64,000 bases of DNA from Rhynchobatus australiae (GCA_034780895.1 JAUZTB010000077.1:85782-149781); one strand, 5' to 3'; positions 25,440 through 40,050 are shown, counted from the first letter of the stretch. A program made the numbers and translations. Notes: generated by a model not told the origin, from the sequence alone.

Positions 25440-27835
25440 ATTCCTTCCCAACATTGTGATGATCGGACGTGACGTTCCGGGTGAGTTCTTCTTCACCAAC
25501 TGGGTGTATCGAACGGTGAAATGCCGCCGATATTATCCGTCATGGGAATTCATTTCAGCTACCCTGACGGCAGTGCACAGCACACACCAAGCAGACGTGA
25601 AGCCCGCACGCAATTAACTACACTTCGGTCAACGGGCTTGGACCGTTGAACCCTGTGGCCCAGTTCACCACAGCCGGTGACTTCAACCATGCATCTTCAC
25701 GAGTCTGCTCGCAACACAACACCAACACGTCTCTTATCCCAAGGAGACCCCAAATACACTTGACCATTGCTGGACAACCATCAAAGACGCCCACCGATCA
25801 ACCCATCGCCCACACTTTGGTAAATCAGACTGTGCTCCTTCTCCATGGGTACAAACAAAAACAGAAGCGCAGGGTTCCGGAACAGGAAGTTCTACACTGC
25901 TGGTCTGAGAAAATAATGTGCCTCCACGCAAAGTATGTGGAGGACTTTGTCCCAGAGTGGTCAATCTGTAAGTTCCATAACCGAAAACCAAAAAATTAAC
26001 CGGGAGATCCACTCCCTGTTGAAGTCCAGGTCTGCAGCGTTCAAACATGCCGACCCTGACATGTACAAGAAATCAAGATACGACCTCTATTAAAGTATCA
26101 GGGACACCAGGAGAAAATACCAGTCCAAAATCGTCCAAAAACAGCCGTCAATTGTGACGGAGGTTATGTTCTTTAACGGGCTACAAAACGAAGTCCGACA
26201 GTATTGCCGACAACAGCGCATTCCCTCCTGATGAGCTTAATGTTTTGAACAGAAGAGCAATGGAATGTCACCACACGCCCAGACTACCTCTAAGCACGTG
26301 AACCCACAGTTACCGCTGCAGACGTCAGATCAGTCTTCTGGATAGTGAACCTATAGAAATCGACTGGCCCGGATTCAATCACCTCCGTGTCCTTAGATCA
26401 TGCGCAGAATTGCTGTCAGGGGCATTTGCAGCATTTTTTACTACTCCATATTTAAATCTAGGTTTCTCAGCACGATGAGCCCAGTGCCAAATAAACTGAA
26501 GATAACGTGCCTTAATGACAATCGCCCAGTTGCTCTGACATCCACCAGCATGAAATGCATCGAGAGGCTGCTCATTGCACACATAGGCTCAAGCCTCCCA
26601 GGCGACTTCGACCCAGTGCAATTCGCCTACCGCTAAAACAGGACCACGGCGTACGCCATTTTCCTGGCCTTCTGGAACATTTGGACAGTATAAAATACTT
26701 CTATTCATTGACGACAACTCGGAATTCCATACCACAAATCTAAGCAAAATCATCTCTTAACCTTCTGGACCTCGGCCTGAACATCTCCCTTTGTAACTAA
26801 ATCATTGTCGTCCTGATCAACAAACTGATAACAGTCAAGACAGACAGCAATACCACCGCCACGATTATTCTCATCGCTTGTGCCCAACAAAGCTGCGTAA
26901 TCAACCCCCTATGATACTCCTTATACACTGATGACTACGTGGCCAGATTCTACTTTAACTCCATCTCAAGCTTACAGGTGACACCTCTGTAGTGGGGTGA
27001 ATGTCAAATAACGAGGAGTGAGAGTGCTGGAGTGTGACATGGTGTCAAGACAATAATATTTGTCGTAATTTTCAGCAAAACAAAAGAGCTGGTCCTTGAC
27101 ACAATGAAGCGAGCATTGCACACGTTCCTTGTTAGATCAAAATTGCTGAGCTTGAGATGGTTCATAACTTCAATTCCGAGGAATTAACATCACCAAAAGC
27201 CTGTCCGAATTCAACCACGTCGACGCCAAGGTAAGAAAAGCACAAGCGCTCCCACTTCCACAGGGGTCTGAATAAATTTCGCATGCCTCCGTTAACGTAA
27301 GCTATTTCTTTCAGATGCACTCCAGAAAATATCCAATACGGATGCATCGCGGCTTGGTATGGGAACTACTCTGCTGTAAACCCAAGTACAGACAGTTGTG
27401 GACACAGTTGAGCACATCATGGAAACCAGTCTGCCCTCCATAGACTCTGTCTTGGTAAGGCAGCAACCATAATAAAAGACCTTACCCACACCAGACATTC
27501 TCTTTTCTCCTCAGTTCCACCCAGTACATCGAAAAGACTCAAAGCACTTCCCACCAGTCTCAAGGACAGCCACTATCCTGTTGTAAGATTATTGAACGGT
27601 CCACTTCCACCGAAAATGGAATCTTGACCTCACAATCTGCTTCGTCATGGCCTCGAACTTTCATGTCTGTCTGCACTGCGCTTTTTCTTTCACTGTTATA
27701 CTTCATTCTGCACTCTTTTATTGCTTTCCTCTTGTACTGCATCAAGTTCCTGATGTGCTGAAATGAATTGCATGGATGGCATGCAAAACAAAATTTTCAT
27801 TGTACCTCAGTCCATGTGACAACAGTAAACCAATT
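25440..27835 (+). mobile_element. Degenerate Rex1/Babar-type LINE (EN + RT)
   Basis: AGDFNHA, TLDHCWTTIKDA, KITCLNDNRPVALTSTSMKCIERL, DPVQFAYR, GCIAAWYGN. Confidence 0.85.
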
Positions 27836-29763
27836 GTCCCAGTGACCACGAACGCTGAAGCGAGACGTCAGTTATGACGAGTTTGGGTGGTGGTCCATTG
27901 TAGTGTTCCCAATGCACTATTCTAGCTTATATTTCAAGACTTCTCAACAGATTAAAGGAATGGTTCAGATACATGGACTAAAAAATTAGAATCGTCCAGT
28001 CAGACTACCAAGTANNNNNNNNNNNNNNNNNNNNNNNNNNNNNNNNNNNNNNNNNNNNNNNNNNNNNNNNNNNNNNNNNNNNNNNNNNNNNNNNNNNNNN
28101 NNNNNNNNNNNNNNGTGAACAGCCGTACGGAGACAAAGAGAGAAAGGAGAGTATCTTAGCGGAGGTCTCATCAAGGTTGAACAGTTGCAAATTAATTAAC
28201 TTAAGGGCCTTCGATTGATAATGTTGATAAAAAGAGTGGAAAAACGGAATATTTCTGAAATACATTTACAAGAACTCTTTGCTTTCTTCTGACCGCCGCG
28301 CAAGATGAGAGTCATTTGTTCACTCGGCACAGAGTCAAGGGCTACGAACAACAGACAGAAATAGACCGAGTGGTGTGAGAAAAAAAAACACTGGGACACA
28401 TCATGCCGGAGTCTTGATCGTGGCCACAGAATCTCCTGTCTGCCCCCTACCTTTCGAGTCTCCTTTCACAACAGAACTCTCTCTGTCTCTACTCTCCCCA
28501 ACTGTACATTACAGCAAGGTTGATTTACCACAGACCTGGCTGATGCTGCTGCTCTCCTCTGGAAGGCCATCCCACCAAGAATATCTAAATCTATCTTCTT
28601 GTTACTGAGAGGAATTCCCACTGGAAACCTCTGCACTACCTGTCTCTCCCTTTTGCCTTTTCTGGTGGTCGCCGAACTTCTTGCTGCTTGTCCCTTTGTA
28701 GTGAGCAACTCACTGGTTCAATTCTGTGAAGTTCTCTGCACGAAGGGTGTTCCTAATTACATTTAACTGCAGCTTCAGTCCCTCGATGCTGTCAGTCAAA
28801 TGTGGCAGCCGGATATACTCTCCGCAGCTATACTCATCAGAGACACTGGAAGTTCACCCTGATCTCTCACATTCTGCAAGAGGAGAAGGCACCGGCGTGC
28901 TGAAAACAATAACACTCCACCGGAGAGTAAAAAAATCTTACCTTATCTTACTTTACCACTGCTCAGCTTCCGCGCTGAATCTTTTCGAGAAAATTCATCA
29001 GCACCTACACCTTAAACATGGCCTTTGACCTCAACAACAGTCACTCTCACAGTGGCCGCTTCGCTGCAGCTCAACTCTAATTTAAATATTCGCTGAATTT
29101 CTCCTGCCTGACCTGTCAGGACCAACCAGTAAAATTTTGCCACAGTATGTTTAACGGGAGAGCATGTTCTTGTTAAATTAACATGGGATGGCGTGAAGTT
29201 TAACATTCTTCACTTACGTTGCATGTGAATGTATCGTTGAGTTAACGTCAGATTTAACAAGGGACGATGAAAGCGACTGAATTGAAATCAGATCCGAGCT
29301 TTGAATTCTGAATTGAATGAAATGAACAAACCAACGTGGCATCCACATCTCTGAGAATATCCTGTATCGTGGAAGGAGGGAAACGTCGTCTCTTCTTATT
29401 CTTTCAATTTTGTCCCTGTTATATGAGCTCACAGACAAATACTCATCATATGGTAAGAATTCATTGCATGGGATAAGCCGCAATGTTCCGGCTAAAATGA
29501 CGTTCGAAAATAATAAGATCCCTGAGAGAATATGCTCATGTCACTTAACCACTCAATTCTCAGAATCTGTTTCGTAACCCGTTTGTTTTTCTTGCTCCCA
29601 GATTGGGATTTATGTTCTATTGTTTTTTTTAATGAATGCATCATCCGTGTTTTGTTTATAACCATGGTTACCAGGAATATATTGGAGTCACTGGGGAGTC
29701 GCATACAAAATAAAGGTGGGAACAATTAGTTGCTTGGAAAATCCCGATCATTTATCGACGAAA

Positions 29764-29833
29764 ATGCACGGGCCAGCGCGTGGGTTGGTGTTTGCCATTT
29801 ATTATCCCTTACTTGCAATCATTGGGTTACCGT
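29764..29833 (+). CDS. GPCR gene D, exon 1 (MHGPARGLVFAIYYPLLAIIGLP, phase 1)
   Basis: 70 bp, AAAATG start, donor T|GTAAGT. In frame with the exon at 32815. Confidence 0.82.
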
Positions 29834-30730
29834 GTAAGTTGATCTTTATTTTAATTGCAAACAATATCTAAAATCGTTTACCTGACTTTTAGCGTCTCCA
29901 GAGCTCGGGATCTTAAATTGGATCTCCTTTTGTCTTTCACCGACAGTTGTGCTTGTGATTAACTATCTCATCCGAAAATGTAATCCGCAGAAGTACATTT
30001 TTTTGTGATCAGCGTGGAATGCTGTTGATTCTCCTTGTCTTTCTCCGATTGCTCGTGAGATTTTTGAAAGTTTTCAGCTGAAACAATACAGACTTTGTCT
30101 AAAGAATGAAGGTGGTGTGAACATTTCTGTTCACCTTCTCCTTAAACCTTAAAGCGTAATTTCTGAGTGTGTTGTAATATAAAGCACTGGCAATCGTTAG
30201 TTTGTAACTGTGTGTGATAACAAAATGATGTTAAACTGCATTACTGCTCATTATGTGGCATGTCAGTGCAATGATACATACATGATGCGATATATTGAAT
30301 TGCAGAATACTTTTAACATTAGTAATTTGATATTTCTTTATATTTTATATGCAAATGCATCAATACAACAGATTACATTCAAAACATTATGTTACCTTGT
30401 TCTTGGACTAAGAAGTTGGACATTACATTGTCTGATATGATGCTGATTTTTTCATGTTGTACTCCAGTCACCACAGCACAAGTATATTATTTCAGCAAGT
30501 GTAGGTCAGTACATTAATAGTTCTTCTCTATTTGACCGTATTTCACAGCAGATTGATGGTCCATCCGTTCCACAAATGCTTACACGCTACGACACAAATA
30601 ACAGACCAAATTGCATTTTTTTTTCCAGAATTGTCTGTGTCAACCGTATGGGAATTTTAGAGCTCATCCAGAGAACAGGGGCCGGAATTTCTGAACAAAA
30701 ACAACAATTTCCTGTTCCATCTCATGTTGA

Positions 30731-30765
30731 GATATATATATATATATAATATATACATACATATA
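30731..30765. repeat. (TA)n microsatellite
   Basis: Directly visible. Confidence 0.8.
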
Positions 30766-30789
30766 TCATTTTGCGTTCTAATTTATAAT

Positions 30790-31214
30790 TCACTGGGAGG
30801 TGACCAGTGGTTTTCAACAGGGATCTGTTCTGGGACCCCTGCTCTTTATGATTTGTATAAACAACTTGGATGAAGAAGGGTTCGTAAGTTTGAAGATGAC
30901 ACGAAGGTTGATGGTGTTGTGGATAGTGCAGAGAATTTATGTAGGTTATAACAAGACATTAATAGGATGCATGGCTGGGCTGAAAAGTGTCAGATGAAGT
31001 TTAACCCGGAAAAATGTGAACTGATACACATTGGAAGATAACATTTCAATGCAGAATACAAGGTTAATTTCAGGACTCTCGGCAGTGTGGAAGAACAGAG
31101 GGATCTTGGGGTCCACGTCCATCGATCCCTCAAGGTTTCCGCGCAGGTTGATAAAGTTGTTAAAATGGCGTATTGTGTGTTGACTTTCATTAATCTGGGT
31201 ATCAGGTTCATGAG
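30790..31214 (+). mobile_element. CR1 LINE reverse transcriptase fragment in the gene D intron
   Basis: VTSGFQQGSVLGPLLFMICINNLD; EEQRDLGVHVHRSLKVSAQVDKVVK. Confidence 0.9.
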
Positions 31215-32199
31215 NNNNNNNNNNNNNNNNNNNNNNNNNNNNNNNNNNNNNNNNNNNNNNNNNNNNNNNNNNNNNNNNNNNNNNNNNNNNNNNNNNNNNN
31301 NNNNNNNNNNNNNNNNNNNNNNNNNNNNNNNNNNNNNNNNNNNNNNNNNNNNNNNNNNNNNNNNNNNNNNNNNNNNNNNNNNNNNNNNNNNNNNNNNNNN
31401 NNNNNNNNNNNNNNNNNNNNNNNNNNNNNNNNNNNNNNNNNNNNNNNNNNNNNNNNNNNNNNNNNNNNNNNNNNNNNNNNNNNNNNNNNNNNNNNNNNNN
31501 NNNNNNNNNNNNNNNNNNNNNNNNNNNNNNNNNNNNNNNNNNNNNNNNNNNNNNNNNNNNNNNNNNNNNNNNNNNNNNNNNNNNNNNNNNNNNNNNNNNN
31601 NNNNNNNNNNNNNNNNNNNNNNNNNNNNNNNNNNNNNNNNNNNNNNNNNNNNNNNNNNNNNNNNNNNNNNNNNNNNNNNNNNNNNNNNNNNNNNNNNNNN
31701 NNNNNNNNNNNNNNNNNNNNNNNNNNNNNNNNNNNNNNNNNNNNNNNNNNNNNNNNNNNNNNNNNNNNNNNNNNNNNNNNNNNNNNNNNNNNNNNNNNNN
31801 NNNNNNNNNNNNNNNNNNNNNNNNNNNNNNNNNNNNNNNNNNNNNNNNNNNNNNNNNNNNNNNNNNNNNNNNNNNNNNNNNNNNNNNNNNNNNNNNNNNN
31901 NNNNNNNNNNNNNNNNNNNNNNNNNNNNNNNNNNNNNNNNNNNNNNNNNNNNNNNNNNNNNNNNNNNNNNNNNNNNNNNNNNNNNNNNNNNNNNNNNNNN
32001 NNNNNNNNNNNNNNNNNNNNNNNNNNNNNNNNNNNNNNNNNNNNNNNNNNNNNNNNNNNNNNNNNNNNNNNNNNNNNNNNNNNNNNNNNNNNNNNNNNNN
32101 NNNNNNNNNNNNNNNNNNNNNNNNNNNNNNNNNNNNNNNNNNNNNNNNNNNNNNNNNNNNNNNNNNNNNNNNNNNNNNNNNNNNNNNNNNNNNNNNNNN

Positions 32200-32720
32200 N
32201 CTGTCGAACACTGCGTTCATTATGCTGAACTCAATATGATCGAAAATCTTTGTCTCACGTCCACTCTGCTGCTTCACACGAGTACTGAATGGGCTTGACA
32301 TTCGTTTGCCTCCCATTCAACACGGTCATGGTTGATCATCCATTTCCAGACTTGCCCTCGATTATCCCTTTGGCATGAAGGGTTGTATTTGCCTCTTTCT
32401 TGAGTATATTGAATGGCTTGATATTCATTGCCTTCTGTGGGGGAGAATTCCACCAGCTCATCGTCCGCTGCGTGACAACGTTTTCAAACAGTATTCCATA
32501 TCTCCTGAGGCAGTGAATCTTAATTCTGTATTTTCTTGCCAGTGGAAACATCTTCCCCAAATCTTACCTGCCGACTTGAGTTAGAATTTTGAAATTTCCT
32601 GTAAGTTCATTTTTAGTCATTCTAAACTTTAGTGAACATCCAGCCAATTGACCCAATCTCACCTCGTACAGTCCTGCAATCTAATAAATCAAACGCGTGA
32701 ACCTTCGTTGCAGTCCCTCC
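32200..32720 (-). mobile_element. CR1 LINE 3' fragment
   Basis: MFPLARKYRIKIHCL...TQRTMSWWNSPPQKA resembles the CR1 ORF2 C-terminus. Confidence 0.6.
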
Positions 32721-32814
32721 GTAGCATCTCTTTAGAACATTTTATTGTCAATTGCCCTTTGTGTTGTAACCAGCTGCATTCATTCCATTGCATTTCTCAT
32801 TGTGTCATTAACAG

Positions 32815-33728
32815 CAAACTTGGCAGCAGTTGTGATACTATCCCGAGGAAAGTGTGGTCTCTCCAAGTGCGTCACCTATTATCTGGTGGGAATGGCGGTG
32901 ATGGATCTTCTCGTCATCGTCACCGCCGTGATACTGAATCGAATAACCGGTATCTATTTCGTGAACAGTTTGCTCTCCACCACTCCCGGCTGCAGTCTCA
33001 GCACGGTGCTAATTTACACAAGCAGAGATTGCTCGGTGTGGATAACGGTCGCATTCACGTTGGACCGTTTGGTTGCAATTTGTTGCCAGGAGCTGAAGCG
33101 AAGATATTGCACAGAGAAAACCTCGACTGTGGTTCTAGCTGTTGTCTGTGTCCTGAGCGGTATGAAGAACGTTCCCTTTTACTTCGTGTACCGTCCGTTG
33201 TATGTGGTCAACGGCGTGCCCTGGTTTTGTGACTATAAATCAAGCTTCTTCACTGAACCTGTCTGGAAAGCGTATGATTGGCTGGACCACATTGTAACAC
33301 CGTGTATTCCTTTCCTTCTGATCCTACTGTTCAATGTTCTGACCATCAGACATATTTTCCTGTCCAGCAGAGTCCGCAGGGGACTTCGGTGTAACAGGCA
33401 GGGGGGTGAGTATCGCAGAGATCCAGAAATGGAAAACAGAAAAAAATCCATCATTTTACTTTTCACCATCTCCGCCAGTTTTATGCTCTTGTGGATAACG
33501 TGTGTTTCTAATTTTGTCTACATTCGAATTAAAGGCAGTTCTTATTTCACGGGTTTCACTTTCAAAGATCCACATTACGTTCTGCAAGAAAGCGGCCACA
33601 TGCTTTCCACAATGAGTTTCTGCACGAACTCCTTTATTTACGCAGTGACCCAAACAAACTTCAGAGAAGAGTTGAAGAAGGCGGTGAAGTGGCCCATAAC
33701 TCTGATAGTTAATTGCTTTAATCGGTAA
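32815..33728 (+). CDS. GPCR gene D, exon 2: GPR139/142-like, divergent subfamily (apparently intact, 327 aa when spliced)
   Basis: Acceptor ttaacAG. NLAAVVILSRGKCGLSKCVTYYLVGMA, TLDRL, VPWFC, RKKSIILLF, CTNSFIY. 70+914 nt = 328 codons including stop. Confidence 0.9.
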
Positions 33729-36700
33729 AAACGAATTATTCCTGCAATATTGATGTTTTTCGTCTTCTTTTTATTCTTAATTGGTTTTAAAAGTGTGTCT
33801 TCCACTTGCCAGTATCCCATAGGGAATGACATACACCACACCCAAATCTCCACTCCATCCGGCTTCCCCAGGGTTAAAAGAAAACCACGTGTAGTTACAG
33901 TCCTTGCCGCTCTGCAGTCCACAAATTAAACGAGTTACGCTGCCCTGACTACATGCAGAAACTCCTGTCAGAATGATACGTATCTTACGTATCAATATAT
34001 TTTCGTATATTCGAATTTAAGTGGAGGTAGCATGTGTTTAAGGAATGATTTCGGGTCAAGTGGACAAATAACGATTATTAATAACAAATATTGATGCGGG
34101 TGTCATTTTTCCCGTCGTGGAAATACCAAGGACTATCACCATGAGGGCATTGCCATGTGGGCAAAGAGGGAATCCTTTAATAACAAATATTAAAGGTAAC
34201 AATTAACACTGGAACGCGTGAATGTACCTGACGACTGAAGCCCCATGTGTAGAAATTGCGAAATAATTATGTAGCGAGTTGCTGAGATTTTATTAATAGG
34301 ACAGCGTTCCGTTCATGTCACCTCAGTTCAAGGATCATGTTGAGGGTTAATTATCCACCGATGCCGTTTTAAGTAAGACCATATTCAGAGAATGGCTGGG
34401 ATCTTTTCCTCATAGTATTGTAGCTACACCTTCCCAAAGCACAGAAAGAAACCGGGTTTCGCTGTCTTTTTTTNNNNNNNNNNNNNNNNNNNNNNNNNNN
34501 NNNNNNNNNNNNNNNNNNNNNNNNNNNNNNNNNNNNNNNNNNNNNNNNNNNNNNNNNNNNNNNNNNNNNNNNNCAAAAAACAGCCAGTCTCCCATCACGA
34601 AAAGTCGCTGCGAAACGTACCTCTACCCCAGAAGGATTCAAGTAGAAGCGCAATTGCGCCACAATGTTAATGAGAACGGTGAAAGGATGTATAAGGCAGG
34701 GAGTTCGTCACCATGGGATGGGGAGGTGAGCCAGAGATCGGTATTTATAATTACAGTCAGAGAGAAATGCAGCACGGAATAAGGACCTTCGGACCGAATC
34801 CGAGCCGAGCATCGGCCACCCATTAATGGCGATTGATTGTCCATTATTGATGGTCACAAGGACTCTTATCTGCTGGTTTAAGGAGGCTGGCCTACGAACA
34901 CGATGTCTGACAGTAAATGTGTTCACATGAGCAAACATTGTCATCGAAGACATTTCTTTGTCTATTTTCGGCGTCCCTTTAAAATTGTTCCTTCCATCCG
35001 GCCTGCCGTGTTGAGTTAGATCTTACACCGAGGTAAATGTGAGGTACACAATGTCCAAAAGATGGATCGCTGTGATGCAGGAATGATGTTACCGGTTCAA
35101 CCCGATCTCTCCGCTGGGACTTCAAGTTCTATCCGTGAACTTTCAACCCAAAGGGCTCGCGTCAAATAATTATTCGGGGTTTAGACTGGGACTAATACAG
35201 TGTGTGACGCAAAATCATAATAAACATTTCTTCGGGATGCAGTCGAGTATTACCTGTCGTTCTGTTCGGGGAGAAAGTGTTGGCGGAGAAATTTAAAACC
35301 TTGCACAGGTTGGTTCAGCGACCTGAATGTGCCCTATTTCTGTCTCCAGCGGTGCCGCATGATATTTGAATATTTCGAACATTCTTTGCGTTTTGTTGTC
35401 CAAAAAACTCTTTTGGACGCCTTAGATATTAACTGGACTGGCCTTCTGACATTGACACCAGCCGCCTCCGGCTGAAAGAGATGAATAACATTAACCATGC
35501 TGCTTGGAACGAGGTTAATGATACCTATACACCGTCATTGTGATTGTCGAAAGAAAAAAAATCTACTGATTGGAATGTAGGTTCTAAACAGCGCGAAGTG
35601 AACATATTCGTTAACATGAAAATAGGCAAGAAGATATAAAGAATCAGAAGAAACTTCCAACACGCCTTTGGATATGGATCAAAATCTTGGAAAGAGGATA
35701 TTTAAAGAGTTAAACTAGCAATGCCGTACGGAACAAACACTCGAGCAATTCGTCAGAATTAACAATTGAGGTGGCTTATCCTCACCAGTAAATAGTCCGA
35801 ACTCACAGCAGTCCCGCGGTACAAAACTTTCATTATATTTATAGCACCTCATCCATGTGAATTCTTTGGGGTGACACAGGCATTCTGTAAACTGGTTGGT
35901 CAACTTCTGTGGTGTCCAACGGAGAATTCAGAACAGGGTTAACTGTGAAATCGGAGCTAAATCACACAGTTGAGATCTCAGGAAGTATTTTTTTCTCCAA
36001 AGCAGTGGATGTAATTCTGGAATATGTGCATCTGAGGTGCTGGTAAATGTATGAATGTTTTTTTACACAATTTAAAATAAATATCCTTGTTTATCGCTTT
36101 CCATCGTTGTTTTGTTTTAACTTTGGTACAGTATGAAATTATTTAATTTGTACCTCGCCCATGCGGCATTTATTGCTTAAGAGTCCGATGAGTCTCTGAG
36201 TGAAGTCCTTTGAAAGACACGAAACAGAATCAGGTTGAGTCCATTCGGCCCTCGTGACTGCTCCGCCACTCAGTGAAACTGCGGAAGATGAAGTATTTCA
36301 CTGCCACTATTCATTGATTCTCTTGAGCTCTGAAATATTTCAATGCCCGTCCTCAACATTCATAGCAGCTGAGTGTACATTAGTTCATTGCATCGTGTCA
36401 TCGCACGATTCACTGCACTAGGGTGACAGAAAGCATTCCTTCTTTGCCCACATGGCAATGCCCTCATGTTGATAGTCCTTGGTATTTCCACGACGGGAAA
36501 AATGTCACCCGCATCTATTCCGTGAAAAAATAATGTCTGTGTTTCAGTTCCATGTCTTTCTCGAAAAATCTGGGGAGTCTTCTCCCAAACTACCTCATCT
36601 GTTCTCACAGAACAAACGCTCGAAACCAGGAATCAATCCGACAGTCCTTCCTTTGACTGGATCTGAATACAATACTCCTAAATCGGTGTCATCAAATGAA

Positions 36701-38055
36701 CTTTATATGACAGGGACTTGCCAACACACATGTAGATGTAAATACATCATCACGATAATGACCAACGGTCTTCCTTCCTCAACATGTAGATTAACTTTTA
36801 ATGTGCTTTGTATAAGGATCCCCAGTTGCATTGAAGACCAACATCAATGTATTTAGCACAAGTAAATACATGCGGCTTTTTAAAACGTTTTATTTCTCAA
36901 AGAAGATAGCCTCGAATTTTATCGTTGTATCCTATCTACCACTGTCTCCTCATTTCATATAATCTATCAATAGCCGATACAAAGATCTCTAAATCCTCCT
37001 CACAATCCATAACACCACTCAGTTTATGATATCAGGAAAGCTTGCAGATACTGCGGATTATCGCCCATATAAATCATCCACGAAGTTGTGAACTTCTGGA
37101 GTCCTGCACCGTTGCCTCCCACAGCCTCCCATTAGAAAATGCCCAAGTAAGAACATAGAACAGTGTAGTACAGTACGTCCCTTTGGCTCATGATGCTGTT
37201 CCGACCTATATAATCCTACTCCAAGATCAATTGCACCCTTCCTTGCTTCACAGCACATAATCCTCCATTTTCTTACATGCATTTGGCGATCTCAGTCTAT
37301 TAAATACCCCTGCTTTATGCAACTCCGGCAGTGCATTCTAGGCATCCAGCTTTCTCTGTGGAAAAAACTCTACCTCTGACTTCTCCCCTACACTTCCAAC
37401 TTTCGCCCCACCCTTCGTTTTATGAACATGACCCAGCTTACTCCAGGCCACAAAACCACCTGTTATACTTGTGCGTAATGGCCTCTAATATAGCACTTCC
37501 ATAAGACCAAGTGATCCCACCGCATTTATACTGGTCGTTACAAATAGAATACAGACCAAGAGACTTACCGAACACCATCTCTCTTTCCTGAATGGATTCT
37601 GACACCGGCCAATCATACTATTTGTTTCCAAGTGTCCTATTGCTTCTTCCTTTATATTAGTGCCAGAATTATCGCTACAACTGATATAAAGAAATCTGAT
37701 CTGCCGATCTGCAGATTCCTCGTTTCTCGATCCATTCTACCTGCTCTCAGGATCCAAAATTGGCGAGGATTTTCCCGACTTGTTACCGATTGACCCGAAC
37801 TTCATTGAGACCTGAACTCTCGGCACCGTCTGGTATAGCGCCCAATTTCTAAAACGGTAGAAATAAATTTCAACATGAATGTTTTCTTTGGAATTGTCGA
37901 ATGTTAATGCTCAGAGATGTCATTCTTTGTGGATCATCCAGTGAGACCATATGGCNNNNNNNNNNNNNNNNNNNNNNNNNNNNNNNNNNNNNNNNNNNNN
38001 NNNNNNNNNNNNNNNNNNNNNNNNNNNNNNNNNNNNNNNNNNNNNNNNNNNNNNN

Positions 38056-38610
38056 GGCTAGAGGGAGCAGAACACCCGTTCATCGTTTGGACAGACCATC
38101 AGAACCTGGAATATATACGGACTGCAAAACGCATGAATTCCCGTCAGGCATTATTCTTTGCCAGGTTCTGGTTTACACTAACATATCGTCCTGGGTCCAA
38201 GAACGGGAAGCTCGATGCTCTCTCTCTGGGAAATACCCTACAGAAGAGGACCATCCTGACCCCGAGATTATCCTTCTCCAGTCCTGTGTGGTGGTGGCCC
38301 TCACCTGGGAGATTGAGGCTGCAGTGAAGAGAGCCCAACAGACCCAACCTGATCCAGGCAATGGGTCACCCAACCGCCTTTTTGTACCAGAGTCTGTGCG
38401 GTCTCAGGTCCTGCAGTGGGGACATTCTTCTCGTTTCGTCTGCCATCCAGGGGTTGATAAGACGCTTTTCCTCCTGAGGAAACACTCCTGGTGGCCCTCC
38501 ATGGACGCGGATACTCGTTCCTTTGTATCTGCCTGTACTGTCTGCGCCCGTGGAAAAACATCCCACCAACCACCTGCTGGACTGCTTCGCCCCTTACCTA
38601 TACCTGATTC
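38056..38610 (+). mobile_element. Ty3/gypsy (Sushi/chromovirus-type) pol remnant: RNase H end and integrase zinc finger
   Basis: [48 protein letters not shown]...HPG...WWPSM...CTVCARGK...[11 protein letters not shown], with a frameshift. Confidence 0.92.
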
Positions 38611-40050
38611 ACTCACTGTGCTGAAGAAAATAGTTTTAAAACAGAACTCGTAGAAGTGTACGCTGTTCAACTAAGCGCAGGTCTTGCACCCCTTTGTGTT
38701 GCTCCTGGCAACGGCAGATGGACGTGGATTAAAAAAAAACCTCGACCACGACTAAAATTTGATGTAAAATCTGTTTTACCAATACAAGGAACATAATATT
38801 TCTCGATAGCCGAACACGATGCTCTCTCGTCCCTGTTGTACTTTACGAAGAGCCCGCGCCGACATTTAATACCGTAGGTTCTCTGTTATGGTCCTGAAAA
38901 TCATTCACGTTTCTACTCCAAATTTCTCCTCATAAATGGCACTCACCTTTTAAAACACAGACGAAACGCATTCCTTTTGCATGACCAGTATTTCCTGTCA
39001 CATGACATCCCTTTTGCACGTGGTTTAATCAGTGGACAAAACAGAATATTGATTGCTCAATTCAAACCCACTTGTAAACATGTTGCTCTCTTCAGCAAAA
39101 TACGACAATCCCATCCTCACCAGCTGGTTTGTTTTCATCAGAACTGCAGGGAGTGCAGCATGATCACACGTGGACATTCTATTTGAATTTATTTCCGTTT
39201 ACATCCAGTCCGCTTGATTGACAGTTGACTCCGTTGAAAACGTTCACTTGGCCTCGGAGCGTCAACATAACTGCAAATTGCAAAAGAGAAAACAGTGATG
39301 AGGTCAAAGAAAGTTCAACACCATACCAGAGTTCACTGACGATCAGCGAAAAGCATGGAAGTCGCCCCCCCCCCATAATTACCAAAGAAACATGCAGACG
39401 TATGACCGGCATTCCAGAATATTAAGGGCGACATGTTATTTAAGGATTTTAAGGGCGTCAGTCTTATTAAGGACGACCCGTGGTTCAATGGGCAATCCTC
39501 AACTGAAGACCTCACATCACTCACAGGCCGGTATACTGGAACCCTTGATGCTTCACTGTTCCGGAACACAGGGGCTTATCTACCCGGCACAGAAATGTTG
39601 CTGTGAGCAATATAGAAGCCGTTAAATCGACAATTATTTTAGCCCCGTCAACATCAAATGCTGCAAATATGAAATGATAAAAAATTGCAAAAACAATTTT
39701 GGATTAGACGGCAATTTATTTTTATTTTTGGTAAACCAGTAATGCTTCTTCAGTATGAAGAAGGCATTGGTCAGTCGTTTGTTTATTGAGATACGATGTT
39801 CCCGTTTAAATTCTCACTTCTGTGTTCTTTTTTTTATGAACCCCAGTGGAATGTAATCGCATGATATTTGGTCATTAATCCTGCAGTGAAAAATAACAAT
39901 TAAATCGCTATTACCTCATCTGCTAAATCAGTTCCCCGTATTCAAACTAATCAATATGCTCTCGGATCTGGAAACAACAGTCTGCTCAACAACAAATGAA
40001 ACGGACTTCCGACAAGTTGTTTCAAGGATCAACGATTCGGGTTTTTTATT

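Noticed and set aside
30946-32316. Long 403-456 aa ORFs
   Set aside because: Artefacts of N runs flanked by CR1 fragments.
32745-32814. ORF-track N-terminus MSIALCVV... of gene D (likewise MLLFFAV of A and MRLSVPG of C)
   Set aside because: Intronic or out-of-frame sequence. The real N-terminus comes from the 70-bp exon.
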